Positions 18,558-28,594 of a stretch of 64,000 nucleotides of DNA are shown here, in pieces. Position numbers and translations under genes: made by a program. Where the stretch lies: the IMG/VR virus record IMGVR_UViG_3300028534_000001, positions 132,338 to 196,337 of that record; one strand, written 5' to 3'. Source of the DNA: a virus. Taxonomy: Duplodnaviria > Heunggongvirae > Uroviricota > Caudoviricetes. Positions within the stretch are counted from its first letter, which is position 1. Each line of letters starts with the position of its first letter. The notes below the pieces were generated by a model. It saw only the letters and a program-made list of their open reading frames with translations, was not told where the DNA came from and did not search any database.

Positions 18558-18586
18558 ATTATATCATATTTTAATAGAAAAGTCAA
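18558..18586 (-). promoter_or_regulatory. sigma70-type early promoter
   Basis: The attata element is at 18558-18563 and agtcaa at 18581-18586, with a 17 nt spacer. Confidence 0.7.
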
Positions 18587-18975
18587 GAATTTTCTTTTAA
18601 TTTTAATAATTTTTCTTTAATTTCTTTCCATATTTTATTTTTTTGTTGGTTAAATTCTAAGACATCATCACTAGGAGCACTAAAATAAAATCCTATTCCT
18701 TCGTCAAATTTATAAATTACATTTGGATTTAATAATTTTTTTAATTCATCAATTTCTACATCATTAGAAAAAGAAATATAAGGCACCCATCTTTCATCAA
18801 CTTTACCATTTTTACATAAAAGATGACCTTCACAACTCCAAGTAGTTGTATATCCTAATTCATTAAACAAAGGTATAATTTCTTGAATCATTTCATCTAT
18901 TAAAACTTTTTTTCCATTTATAATGACTGGTACTTGCATTTTTACTTCCTTATTTAATTTTTTGATAATATTCAA
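18583..18975 (-). CDS. hypothetical protein
   Basis: 130 aa ORF. Confidence 0.4.
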   Translation of the reverse strand: MNIIKKLNKEVKMQVPVIINGKKVLIDEMIQEIIPLFNELGYTTTWSCEGHLLCKNGKVDERWVPYISFSNDVEIDELKKLLNPNVIYKFDEGIGFYFSAPSDDVLEFNQQKNKIWKEIKEKLLKLKENS

Positions 18976-19402
18976 TTATTTTTTTAGAAAATTCTTCTAA
19001 AATATTTTCTAAATTTATATCAATTTTATCATTTACATTAGAATTTAATTTTGTTAAAATGTTTAATTTTTCTTTAAAATCATCTTTTAAATCTTCAATA
19101 TTTTCATCTATTGAAACACCATTTAATAATTTTTTTTCTAAATCTAAAATTTTATTAAATTCTAATTTTAATTCTTCTATATTAAAAGGGATTTTTACAA
19201 CTCTTTTTTTCACTTCTTCATTTAATTTGAATTTTATAAATTCTTTTAAATTAGTTTCAATATATTTTTCTGTCGTATATGTATGATTAAAAGGAATTTC
19301 AACATCAAACGGAATTTTACTTGATGACTCTAACAAAACTTTTATTTCCAAAATATCTTCTAATGTCTTTAAATCTTTTTTTACTGATGTAAATAATTTC
19401 AC
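18950..19402 (-). CDS. hypothetical protein
   Basis: 150 aa ORF. Confidence 0.4.
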   Translation of the reverse strand: MKLFTSVKKDLKTLEDILEIKVLLESSSKIPFDVEIPFNHTYTTEKYIETNLKEFIKFKLNEEVKKRVVKIPFNIEELKLEFNKILDLEKKLLNGVSIDENIEDLKDDFKEKLNILTKLNSNVNDKIDINLENILEEFSKKIIEYYQKIK

Positions 19403-19411
19403 TTTTTCTCC

Positions 19412-19633
19412 TTACTTAAAAATAAATAAATCTAATGGATAAAATATAAATGCTCCTATTATTGAAACAATTACTAAATGTATATATTCTTGATATTTAC
19501 CTTTACAACAATCATATTTTACTAAGATATATAAAGGTAACATCATAATAAAAGCACTTAAAATCCATCTGAATAAATAAATTAAAAAAATTTTAGTTAA
19601 ATATATACTAACAACACTCACATAATTCTCCAT
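19412..19633 (-). CDS. small membrane protein
   Basis: 73 aa with two hydrophobic helices. Confidence 0.3.
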   Translation of the reverse strand: MENYVSVVSIYLTKIFLIYLFRWILSAFIMMLPLYILVKYDCCKGKYQEYIHLVIVSIIGAFIFYPLDLFIFK

Positions 19634-20057
19634 TTTCTAATATTTCATAATTATTAAATTTATTTATAGCATAATTAAATGTTGGAATATTAGAATATAA
19701 ATTTTTAATTTTTGCTAAACAAGTTTTTTTATTTATTACAATATTTTTATCAAATTCAAAATTATCTATTATTACTTTTTTTACTATACAATTTTTATTA
19801 GTATAATAAGATATATTATAAATTAAAACATATAACATTTTTACAAATTCTTCATAATTTATATTAGATAAAATATATTTTTCGGATAAATTTTTATCAT
19901 TAGTTATAAATATATTATCAATAGAATTCAAAAAACATTCAATGTTTTTTTCACAGGATATATCAGAAATATCTATTTTTATATTTATATCTTTTACATC
20001 TAAATTGTTTGAAGCAAAACAAATTTTTATTTGTTTATTCAATTTTATCCTCCTCAA
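19608..20057 (-). CDS. hypothetical Cys-containing protein
   Basis: 149 aa ORF. Confidence 0.35.
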   Translation of the reverse strand: MRRIKLNKQIKICFASNNLDVKDINIKIDISDISCEKNIECFLNSIDNIFITNDKNLSEKYILSNINYEEFVKMLYVLIYNISYYTNKNCIVKKVIIDNFEFDKNIVINKKTCLAKIKNLYSNIPTFNYAINKFNNYEILENGELCECC

Positions 20058-20361
20058 ATAAATATTCTTCTTTAATTCCTTTAGAGTCTAAAATAAATTT
20101 TATTGTATTGTGAATTCTTTTTCCATTATCGTCTTTGAATTCAGTTAATAAAGAATTAAAACTAATTGGTTTAATTAAAATATTAACATTTTCAGATAAT
20201 TTATTTAATAAATCATAATAAAATTTTATTTCTTTTGTATTATTTACTTTTATATATAAAGAAGATGTATTTGGAAAAAAACAATTACCTAAAATATCCA
20301 TAATAAATTTTATAGTTTTGTCTTTTTCTATACTTAAATGTAATTTTTCTACATTTATCAT
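20035..20361 (-). CDS. hypothetical protein
   Basis: 108 aa ORF. Confidence 0.4.
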   Translation of the reverse strand: MINVEKLHLSIEKDKTIKFIMDILGNCFFPNTSSLYIKVNNTKEIKFYYDLLNKLSENVNILIKPISFNSLLTEFKDDNGKRIHNTIKFILDSKGIKEEYLFEEDKIE

Positions 20362-20406
20362 TTTAAAAATCCTTTTTATTTTATTATATCATATATATTA
20401 AAATTA

Positions 20407-21039
20407 TCAAACTTTTTTAGGGGCTACTTTTCTAAATTCACTCATAAGATTATTAAAAATTGGTTTATATTTTTTATTTATACAATCCCATTCAAAATTA
20501 CAATTTTTATAATCTTTTAAAATTTCATCTAAAGATATATAATAAGGAAATTCATATGCTCTTTTATCATTTTTAGCAATAAATGTTGCCCAATATATTA
20601 GTCTTAAACTATGAAAAAGACTCTTAGCAGAAATTAAAATTTCATTATGTAAATTTAATTTTTTCTTTGCTTTTACATATGAATTATTAACTTTTTTAGA
20701 TATAAATTTTCTTAATTTTATTTTATCAATATCATTTATTAGTAAATTAAAATTATATTTTTTAATAGGATTTTTATTGAAAAACATTGCTAAAAACATG
20801 TCATTACATTCATTTATTAAATCTATTAAATTTTCTTCAGATATAATATGTATATCAATTTTTTTACTTTCATAAATATCATAATAAATATCTTTATAAT
20901 TAGTAATTATTAAAAAATCATAATCAGAATTTTCATTGTTTGAACCATATAATCTAGAACCATATTCATAAATTCCTAAAATATTTTCTTTTGATATATT
21001 ATAATTTTCTTTTAAAATTTTATATATTAAATTTTCCAT
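20407..21039 (-). CDS. pol-beta superfamily nucleotidyltransferase
   Basis: GSRLYGSNNENSDYDFLII is the GS...D.D nucleotidyltransferase motif. It is paralogous to 25218..26225. Confidence 0.5.
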   Translation of the reverse strand: MENLIYKILKENYNISKENILGIYEYGSRLYGSNNENSDYDFLIITNYKDIYYDIYESKKIDIHIISEENLIDLINECNDMFLAMFFNKNPIKKYNFNLLINDIDKIKLRKFISKKVNNSYVKAKKKLNLHNEILISAKSLFHSLRLIYWATFIAKNDKRAYEFPYYISLDEILKDYKNCNFEWDCINKKYKPIFNNLMSEFRKVAPKKV

Positions 21040-21041
21040 AT

Positions 21042-21560
21042 TTACTCCTTTTTGTGTTTAATCAATTCTTCAACAAAACTATACATATTTTTTGGAATTT
21101 CATATAAATCCTCAGCAAATAAATAATATTTATTATCAATTTCACAAATATACTCAGGTTCTTCCATATAAGAATTTTTAGTATTTTTTATTTTAATTTT
21201 ATATGATTTTACTTTATTTCCTCTTAATTTATTAAGTTTTTCTGACAAAGAATTAAAATAAATTTTTACTTTTTCTTTTAAATCTTCAAAAAAATATCCT
21301 TTTATTTTTAATAAATCTTTATAATCACCATAAGATTGTTGTCCAAATTCTTTAGGATATATTTCGTATATATTATAAATAAAAATTTCTTCGTAAGGTT
21401 TATCAGAAATTATATTTTTAGCATTTTTTTTAATAAGTTTTAAAGTATCTTCCAAATTATTTGGAAGTACAATTAAATCTTGATACCCTAATTCTTCCCC
21501 ATATAATTGAATTCTATAACCTTTAAATTTTAATTTTACATTTACATTTAATTCTTTCAT
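21042..21560 (-). CDS. hypothetical protein
   Basis: 172 aa ORF. Confidence 0.4.
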   Translation of the reverse strand: MKELNVNVKLKFKGYRIQLYGEELGYQDLIVLPNNLEDTLKLIKKNAKNIISDKPYEEIFIYNIYEIYPKEFGQQSYGDYKDLLKIKGYFFEDLKEKVKIYFNSLSEKLNKLRGNKVKSYKIKIKNTKNSYMEEPEYICEIDNKYYLFAEDLYEIPKNMYSFVEELIKHKKE

Positions 21561-21622
21561 ATTTTTAAACCTTTATTCAATGTATGTACAAAATGAAATA
21601 GAGTAAATAAATTTACTTCCAA

Positions 21623-21910
21623 TTATACTAAAAACCATACCAACATTATTGATGTGTAAAATAAAAAAGTTAAAAACGTTACGCTTTTCCAATTAGATTC
21701 ATTTACTAATAATAAAATAATAATACTAGGTAAAATACCTAAAGAAGGGCTTACTAATATATTTATAGCTATATTTATAAAAATATTTAACAAAGCTATT
21801 ATAATAAATATAAAATCATAATTTTTAAATCTATTTTCAAATTTTTGAAAAGACATCAATCTTTTCAAAATATTATCTAATTTTTCTTTTTTAGATATTC
21901 TTTTAATCAT
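21623..21910 (-). CDS. small membrane protein
   Basis: 95 aa with hydrophobic segments. Confidence 0.35.
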   Translation of the reverse strand: MIKRISKKEKLDNILKRLMSFQKFENRFKNYDFIFIIIALLNIFINIAINILVSPSLGILPSIIILLLVNESNWKSVTFLTFLFYTSIMLVWFLV

Positions 21911-21919
21911 ATTTACCCT

Positions 21920-22876
21920 TTAATATTTTTCATATTTTAACCTTGGTTTAATATTACCATTTAATAAAGGTGTATTTTCTACTGTTTTAATATAAGATGT
22001 AATTTCTTTATTTAATTCTTCTTTTTTAATTTCTAATTGATTTACTAAACTATCTAATTCTTTTTTGAAATTTAATCTACTATCAGTTAAAGTTTTTACT
22101 GTTTTTGCTTCAATTAAATTATCTTGACTAAGTTCAATAGCATCTTTAATAGCTTCTTTTGTATTTTTATCATTTAGTATTATGAATTCATTTAAAACTT
22201 CTTTAACTACATCATAATTTTGTTTAATATTTTTCATTTTATTATTTTGTGATGCAATTACAAATTGCATTTTTAACATAGATTGAATTTGTGGAGACAT
22301 TTCTTCTGCTTTTTGTTTCATACTAGCAAAAGATTGAATTTGTAATCTACATTCCTCTAAATTATTTGTATTGATGACATTTAAACTTTTTAAACTTCTA
22401 ATCATATTATCAATTTCAATTTTTTCAAGTTCATTTCTAGGTTTTAATTTTTTTAATTCTTTAATTTGATTTTCAATATCTTTTTTTGCTTGTTCATTTA
22501 CTACATAAATTTCTTTATAATATTGAAATTTTTCTTCAGTATCTTTAATTATTTCATCTTGAATTCTTTTTAAATCATCAGAAATATCTTTTAATGAACT
22601 TCTATTTATTTCAAAATCATCTATTTTTTCTTTTACAAAAGGGACATATGACAAAACTTTACCAAAAAATGTTTGTTTTCTAGATGTATCTAATAATTGT
22701 CTTGCTTGCATCAATTTAGATACTAATTCTTGGAAATTTTCATTTAATTCATCAACATTAGTATTAGATAAAATATCATCTGTTACATTTTCAATATTTT
22801 CTTGGATTCTTTTATATTCATATTTTATTTCTGTTAAAGTGTCTTCATAATACCCTTCAAAAATTTCTTTATTCAT
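21920..22876 (-). CDS. coiled-coil hypothetical protein
   Basis: 318 aa ORF. Confidence 0.45.
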   Translation of the reverse strand: MNKEIFEGYYEDTLTEIKYEYKRIQENIENVTDDILSNTNVDELNENFQELVSKLMQARQLLDTSRKQTFFGKVLSYVPFVKEKIDDFEINRSSLKDISDDLKRIQDEIIKDTEEKFQYYKEIYVVNEQAKKDIENQIKELKKLKPRNELEKIEIDNMIRSLKSLNVINTNNLEECRLQIQSFASMKQKAEEMSPQIQSMLKMQFVIASQNNKMKNIKQNYDVVKEVLNEFIILNDKNTKEAIKDAIELSQDNLIEAKTVKTLTDSRLNFKKELDSLVNQLEIKKEELNKEITSYIKTVENTPLLNGNIKPRLKYEKY

Positions 22877-22887
22877 TTTAACTCCTT

Positions 22888-23877
22888 TTAATATTGGTAA
22901 ACATAAGTTAAATTAGGAATATTGCCTAATAAATTTTGTAATTCATATAACATTTCTTTGTTATCAATTTTATATACAATTTTTAAATCATCTTTTGTGT
23001 CATTATTTTTTAAATACAATCCTATAATATAAGATGTTAAAAATTTATTTCTATTAAAATATTTATCTTTTTGAATATCAAGTAAAGAATTTATATTTTT
23101 TATTTCAATATTTAAATATTTTTTTACTTTTTTTGGTAATAAAGATGGACTATCTAAATAATTGTTTAAAATCATATATAATAATCCAAATTCTTGTTGA
23201 ATATTTTTATCATCTAAAATTTTAGTTTGAATTCTAAATGAATTATTTATTGTAATTTCTTCACTTAAAAAACTTTTTTTTGATTTTTCACAATATGTCA
23301 TTCCAATATATTTTGGAAATACACCTAAAAACATCAATTCTTCTTTAAAAATATTATAATCAGATTTTAAATTATTTATTGTTGTTTTTACCATTTTTTC
23401 AATTTCTTTTTCATTATTTTCTTTGATTTTTTTTGCTTTTTCAATAAATTCTAAACTTTCTAAATATCTTTTAATAAAATTTAAAAGTTTATCATTTACT
23501 TTTATGTTTACTTTATTATTTTTAAAATTATTATAACTTTCATCAAATAAAATTTTTTTATTTTTAGGTTTTAATAATATATGATATCCTTTTTCTTTAA
23601 GTATATCTTGAAGTATAAACACATTATAATCTTTACTAAATATATCATTAAAAAAAGATTCTGGTATCATATATGGAGTATTTTTTGATAAATTTACAAA
23701 TATTGAATTAGAATTATATATTTTTGTTTCTTCAATAATATATCCATCTAAAAATTCTTCATAATTTTTTAAAATATTTTCTATTTTTTCTAATTCTTTA
23801 ATAGTTTCAAAAATAGATAATTTTTCTACTTTATGTTCTTTTATATTTTTTAATTTTAAAAATCCAAATAAATTCAT
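22888..23877 (-). CDS. hypothetical protein
   Basis: 329 aa ORF. Confidence 0.45.
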   Translation of the reverse strand: MNLFGFLKLKNIKEHKVEKLSIFETIKELEKIENILKNYEEFLDGYIIEETKIYNSNSIFVNLSKNTPYMIPESFFNDIFSKDYNVFILQDILKEKGYHILLKPKNKKILFDESYNNFKNNKVNIKVNDKLLNFIKRYLESLEFIEKAKKIKENNEKEIEKMVKTTINNLKSDYNIFKEELMFLGVFPKYIGMTYCEKSKKSFLSEEITINNSFRIQTKILDDKNIQQEFGLLYMILNNYLDSPSLLPKKVKKYLNIEIKNINSLLDIQKDKYFNRNKFLTSYIIGLYLKNNDTKDDLKIVYKIDNKEMLYELQNLLGNIPNLTYVYQY

Positions 23878-23886
23878 ATTTTCTCC

Positions 23887-24264
23887 TTATAATTGATTAA
23901 CAATATAATTCCCTGCTTCAATAATTGCTTCTATCTCTGTATTACCAAAAAATTCCTTATTTAATAATGATATATAACATATAGATTTATTTTTATTACA
24001 AAATGAACTATTTAGAATATAACCTTGGTAATCATAAGCCCATTTTTTTATTTCAAAAACAAATTCAAAAACATTTAATTCTTTATAAAAATTTTGTTTA
24101 GTGTTATAATAATCATTTTGCAAATGTTTATTAAATTCTGTTTTATGTAATTCATTAGGAGTGCAATAAATTTTACAAATTATTTTATTACCTTCAATAG
24201 TAATATATTCAATAAATTTTTCATCAATTCCTATAATTTTACTAAATAATTTTTTACTAATCAT
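23887..24264 (-). CDS. hypothetical protein
   Basis: The start was moved to the ATG at 24264 with an AAGGAG RBS, because the track start overlaps the promoter -10. Confidence 0.4.
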   Translation of the reverse strand: MISKKLFSKIIGIDEKFIEYITIEGNKIICKIYCTPNELHKTEFNKHLQNDYYNTKQNFYKELNVFEFVFEIKKWAYDYQGYILNSSFCNKNKSICYISLLNKEFFGNTEIEAIIEAGNYIVNQL

Positions 24265-24291
24265 GATTTCTCCTTGACTTTTTATAATATA

Positions 24292-24320
24292 ATTATACAA
24301 TAAAAAAAGAAAAAAGTCAA
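24292..24320 (-). promoter_or_regulatory. sigma70-type early promoter
   Basis: The attata element is at 24292-24297 and agtcaa at 24315-24320, with a 17 nt spacer. Confidence 0.7.
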
Positions 24321-24526
24321 GGTTTTTTAATATAAATTTGATTTTTATATTTAATACCTTTATTTATACATTTTCCTGTTTGTTTACTATATTCAAAACA
24401 TATCTCTTCTACATCAGGTTTTGTAAAAGCTTTATATATACCATAAAATAGAAAAAATATCATTACTAATAATATTAAATTTCCTATAATTTTTTCTTCT
24501 AAAGTTGGTTTAGGGAAATAACCCAT
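24317..24526 (-). CDS. small membrane protein
   Basis: 69 aa with one transmembrane helix. Confidence 0.35.
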   Translation of the reverse strand: MGYFPKPTLEEKIIGNLILLVMIFFLFYGIYKAFTKPDVEEICFEYSKQTGKCINKGIKYKNQIYIKKP

Positions 24527-24553
24527 AATTTATCCTTTTAATTTAAAAATTTT

Positions 24554-25141
24554 TTAATTTTTTAAAAAATTATAAAGTTTTAACATTGGAGGATTATATA
24601 AATTATTTTTATCATAAGTATCTAATTGAATTAAATCTTTTTTAATATCTTTAAGTGTTAAAGGATGTAATGATATATATCTAACATCTCTTTGCCAAGA
24701 CATAGAACTTCTTTCGAAACCTTTAAAAGAAAATATAAATACTAATTCATCTCTTTTAATATCCATAAATGATGTTCTTCCATCAGGAACTAATCTATCT
24801 GTAATAATAAAAACATATTTAAAAGATATAACTTTTTTAATTGTTTTTTTATTTTTAGAATAAATATCATTAAAAAAATCTTCAAAATCATTTTTTAAAA
24901 AAGATATAAATTCTTTATCATTATCAAAAAATATTCTTATTTCTTTTTTTGTAAAAAGTTTAAATGCATGATTTTTTAAACCTTTTCTTATTTTTTTAGC
25001 ATAACTTTTTAAGTTGAAATTTTTCTTTTCAATTTCATCTAATACTAAATCAAAAACTACTCTATCAAATTCATTATCAAGTAATTTATAAATTAACTTA
25101 TGCGATATTGAATGTTTTAATTCTTTTAAACTTATTTTCAT
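24554..25141 (-). CDS. hypothetical protein
   Basis: 195 aa ORF. Confidence 0.4.
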   Translation of the reverse strand: MKISLKELKHSISHKLIYKLLDNEFDRVVFDLVLDEIEKKNFNLKSYAKKIRKGLKNHAFKLFTKKEIRIFFDNDKEFISFLKNDFEDFFNDIYSKNKKTIKKVISFKYVFIITDRLVPDGRTSFMDIKRDELVFIFSFKGFERSSMSWQRDVRYISLHPLTLKDIKKDLIQLDTYDKNNLYNPPMLKLYNFLKN

Positions 25142-25192
25142 GTGAAATCCTTATATTTTTACAAAATTTTTTCATATTTTTTATATATAATA

Positions 25193-25221
25193 ATTATAAC
25201 AAAAAAGAAAGGAAAAGTCAA
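25193..25221 (-). promoter_or_regulatory. sigma70-type early promoter
   Basis: The attata element is at 25193-25198 and agtcaa at 25216-25221, with a 17 nt spacer. Confidence 0.7.
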
Positions 25222-26225
25222 GAACAAAATTCTTTTTTAAGCAATTTCATAAACATTTTTTCTAATTCATTCCAATTTGCTTTTTTAGGTAAATTTTCTT
25301 TTGCTACATCTTGAAGTTTTTCAAAATTTGCGAACTCAATTTCCATTTTTTCTTCTAATTCTTCAAGTGTAAATTCTAAATTTCTAATTTTTTTAAGTTC
25401 TTCAGCATTTTCTAATGGGAATTTTAACTGTTTTTTAACAATTAAATCTCTACCTTCTTCTAATAATCTAAATAAATGAAGAAAAAATTTAGCATCGTAT
25501 CCAAATTCTTTCCATTGTTCTGCTCTATGACTTGCACTAGTAATCTTTTCTTTCATCATTTTGTTTGCTTTTTTAATAAATAAATTTCTTGGAAATGTTA
25601 AATTACTTACAACAATTCCATCTTTTTTGAATAAATGTTTAAAAGGTGCAAATTCATTATAATGTTGAATTTCTCCAACTGTCATAATTCCATCGTGATT
25701 TTCAATAAATTTTTCAATTGTTTTTTGTAATGAAATTAAGTCTTTATAATTTACTGCTTTGTTTTTACCTTTTTTCATTTGACTTTTAGCATAACCCATA
25801 AATGAATGAAATACTCTTTGATTGATAAATAATTCACTATTATTTTGAAATTCTTCAAATTCTGGTGTATTGAATACAACTGCTTCAGGATTTGTATTGG
25901 CAAAAAGTAATTCTACAATGTTCGGATTTACATCTCCAGCTAATTTTAAAAATTTTTTTAATTCATAAACTTTACAATCTAATGCATCTTTTGTATTTTT
26001 ACCACTTTCATCTTTTACAACTTCTGATAAATCAACTTCTTCAACATTTTTAAAACCTAAGTGAAATTCAGGATTAGCTAAGAATACACCTAAAAAATCT
26101 ATGTCTGATTCAGGTGTATTTGTTCCATATAATTGACTACCACTTTTTGTCAAAAATAATAATCTCCCAAAAGGTTTAATTCTTTCTTTTACCATTTCTA
26201 AAATTTCTTGATTTGTTTTTAACAT
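25218..26225 (-). CDS. pol-beta superfamily nucleotidyltransferase
   Basis: LTKSGSQLYGTNTPESDIDFLGVF is the GS...D.D nucleotidyltransferase motif. 335 aa. Confidence 0.5.
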   Translation of the reverse strand: MLKTNQEILEMVKERIKPFGRLLFLTKSGSQLYGTNTPESDIDFLGVFLANPEFHLGFKNVEEVDLSEVVKDESGKNTKDALDCKVYELKKFLKLAGDVNPNIVELLFANTNPEAVVFNTPEFEEFQNNSELFINQRVFHSFMGYAKSQMKKGKNKAVNYKDLISLQKTIEKFIENHDGIMTVGEIQHYNEFAPFKHLFKKDGIVVSNLTFPRNLFIKKANKMMKEKITSASHRAEQWKEFGYDAKFFLHLFRLLEEGRDLIVKKQLKFPLENAEELKKIRNLEFTLEELEEKMEIEFANFEKLQDVAKENLPKKANWNELEKMFMKLLKKEFCS

Positions 26226-26255
26226 TTTTTCTCCTTGATTTTTATATATAATATA

Positions 26256-26283
26256 ATTATATCAAAAATAATAAAAAAGTCAA
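26256..26283 (-). promoter_or_regulatory. sigma70-type early promoter (16 nt spacer)
   Basis: The attata element is at 26256-26261 and agtcaa at 26278-26283. Confidence 0.55.
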
Positions 26284-26432
26284 CTATTTCAATTATTTTT
26301 TTATTTATATCTTCATGAAACTTACTAATGTTTTTGAAACCAAATCTATATGTTGAAAATAAAGTGTAATTATTGCAAATGCTTTTTTATTATCTATTTC
26401 AAAAATTTTAAATCCATATTTTATTTTTAAAA

Positions 26433-26744
26433 TTATTCTTCAATTTTTTCATATTCAATAATTTTAACAATTTTTTCAATAGGTTTGACTTTTACAATTT
26501 TTGTATTTTTCTCAAAAAACGATAAATCATTATCACAATCATAAAACCCATAAACCATAAAATATTCTTCATCTATTTTAATTATTAAATTTTCTCTATC
26601 TTTATTATAATCTGCTGAAATTGTATGATTTTTATATTCAAAATTTTTATATAAAAAATAACCAAAGTCAATCCATCCATTTTTATATATAGTTTCATTA
26701 TAATAAATTTCAGCTAATAATTCTCTTGCTTCTTTAGTATTCAT
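26433..26744 (-). CDS. hypothetical protein
   Basis: 103 aa ORF with a GGAG RBS. Confidence 0.4.
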   Translation of the reverse strand: MNTKEARELLAEIYYNETIYKNGWIDFGYFLYKNFEYKNHTISADYNKDRENLIIKIDEEYFMVYGFYDCDNDLSFFEKNTKIVKVKPIEKIVKIIEYEKIEE

Positions 26745-26957
26745 TTTAACTCCTATAATATATATATAATTTTAATAAGAAATTTTTTCAATTTCATAAA
26801 TATCTAATCCAAATGTTTCACTAAATGCTACTTTTATTTCATCTTCAATATCTTTTTTAGAAATAAAAGTCATTGTCATTGATGGCATTACTCCATTATA
26901 AGCATCAAAATAACATTCATATCCTTCAACATAAGATATTAAAACTCCTTAAACCAT

Positions 26958-27047
26958 CATAAGTTCTTTAAATTTTTTTCTAATTGATATAAATTATAAT
27001 TATCTTCCATTCCTTCGATATTTTCACTCCATACTCTATATTTCATG
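26958..27047 (-). CDS. small hypothetical protein (29 aa)
   Basis: MKYRVWSENIEGMEDNYNLYQLEKNLKNL lies directly downstream of promoter 27080..27108. It is below the ORF-track size cutoff. Confidence 0.25.
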
Positions 27048-27079
27048 ATTTTTCCTTTTTCTTTATTTTTTACATTATA

Positions 27080-27108
27080 ATTATATTAAAAATAAAAGGA
27101 AAAGTCAA
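27080..27108 (-). promoter_or_regulatory. sigma70-type early promoter
   Basis: The attata element is at 27080-27085 and agtcaa at 27103-27108, with a 17 nt spacer. Confidence 0.7.
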
Positions 27109-27416
27109 GAAATATCTTTAAATTTATCCCAATTTTTTAACTTTTCAATTAAAAATAAAATTTCATCGACATTTCTAATTTCAGGTAATATTTTATATAA
27201 TATTTTAATTACATCATATTTAGAAATACCAAATATATCTTCAATTATTTTATTTTTTAACAAAGATTCAATTTCACCTTTTGCTAAATTTTCATAATCA
27301 ATAGAAGAAATATTAAAATTAGGTGGTAGATTTACTTCAACATAATCTGTTTCTAATTTGCATTTAATAGATTTATAACCCATAATACTAGTGTCTTTTG
27401 TAACTAAATTTAACAT
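27105..27416 (-). CDS. hypothetical protein
   Basis: 103 aa ORF. Confidence 0.4.
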   Translation of the reverse strand: MLNLVTKDTSIMGYKSIKCKLETDYVEVNLPPNFNISSIDYENLAKGEIESLLKNKIIEDIFGISKYDVIKILYKILPEIRNVDEILFLIEKLKNWDKFKDIS

Positions 27417-27535
27417 ATTTTCTCCTTATTTTTTTTTAATTTATAATAAATTAAGGAATTTAATCCCTATTTATAATAAAAGAATTATTTTTATAAGTAA
27501 TATAATTCTTATTATTAAATCTATTTTTTATAATA

Positions 27536-27757
27536 TTATTCTAAATTTGTAATTACGACTCCAAAATTACCTTTATCTGTGGTAACAACTTCACCTTCTC
27601 CAATTTTTACATTGTTAGCAAAAATCTCTACTTTTTCATTAACCTCTTTATCAAATTTAATTAAATCTTCAACTTTCAATGATTCAATTTCACTAAGTTT
27701 CATTTTAGTATCACATAATTTAACAAAAACATCAACTTTTACATCTTTTAAATTCAT
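27536..27757 (-). CDS. fliN: FliN/SpoA-domain flagellar motor switch-like protein
   Basis: The 73 aa protein DVKVDVFVKL..T.MKLSEIESLKVEDLIKFDK...VEIFANNVKIGEGEVVTTD..FGVVITNL fits the FliN C-terminal SpoA pattern. It overlaps the fliM-like gene by 4 nt. Confidence 0.55.
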   Translation of the reverse strand: MNLKDVKVDVFVKLCDTKMKLSEIESLKVEDLIKFDKEVNEKVEIFANNVKIGEGEVVTTDKGNFGVVITNLE

Positions 27758-28572
27758 TGTATCTCCTTTATATTATCATTTATTTTAATAGCAAAATCAT
27801 TTAATAATAAAGTATCTCCAACTTTAAAATTATCAATTTCTTTTACATTATATTTTTTAGTTTTACCTATTTCGATATCTAAATTAAAATCAAAATTTTT
27901 TTCTTTTTTATTGTTTTCTTTGAAAAAATCTTTAAATTCTTCATAAGGTAAACAAATATTTACCATACCTGAACTACTACCTACTATTATTTCAAATACA
28001 GCCATTATTGACGTTGAATGTTTTTTAGGTCTATAATAAGGTTGACTAAAATGAAAATCTATTATTTCTATATCATCACCAATTCTTTCAAAATCCTCTG
28101 AATATATAAAGGTATTTACTAATTTTCTCATTATTTCATTAGAAACTATTTTTTCAACATTATTGAATTGAATTTCACAAGATTCCATAAATGATTGTAT
28201 TAAAGATGGATTTATTTCAACAAAAAATGTTCTACCATCAAGTTTTAACTCATAAAAGAATGTTGGATGTGGTAAACACATAAGAAATTCATCAAATGTC
28301 AAAACATCTACACTATGCAATTGCATTTCAACTTCTTTTTTAACTAGACTTCTCAATTCAGGTAAAACATTATAAACAAATCTATCTAAAAGCCTTCTTA
28401 TATTTCTTAAATTTTGTTTAGAAACAATATTAGGCCTTTTAAAATCATAATATGTATATTTGTTTTGTTGATTTGAAACTTGTTCATCTTTAAATCTATT
28501 AGGTTGTATATCATCTTCTTCAACCATTTCTAAAAAAGCTTCAATTTCTTCTTGTGACATAATATCAGCCAT
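27754..28572 (-). CDS. fliM: FliM-like flagellar motor switch protein (lacks C-terminal FliN-like domain)
   Basis: MADIMSQEEIEAFL matches the FliM/FliY N-terminal LSQ-E/D-EIDALL. YDFKRPN..S...LRNIRRLLDRF matches FliM YDPNTQRRV..ERLQALEIINERF. GMVNICLPY matches GEFNICLPF and FKVGDTLLL matches LNPGDVLPI. Confidence 0.6.
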   Translation of the reverse strand: MADIMSQEEIEAFLEMVEEDDIQPNRFKDEQVSNQQNKYTYYDFKRPNIVSKQNLRNIRRLLDRFVYNVLPELRSLVKKEVEMQLHSVDVLTFDEFLMCLPHPTFFYELKLDGRTFFVEINPSLIQSFMESCEIQFNNVEKIVSNEIMRKLVNTFIYSEDFERIGDDIEIIDFHFSQPYYRPKKHSTSIMAVFEIIVGSSSGMVNICLPYEEFKDFFKENNKKEKNFDFNLDIEIGKTKKYNVKEIDNFKVGDTLLLNDFAIKINDNIKEIQ

Positions 28573-28594
28573 TCTTTCTCCTTTTTGTAAAATT

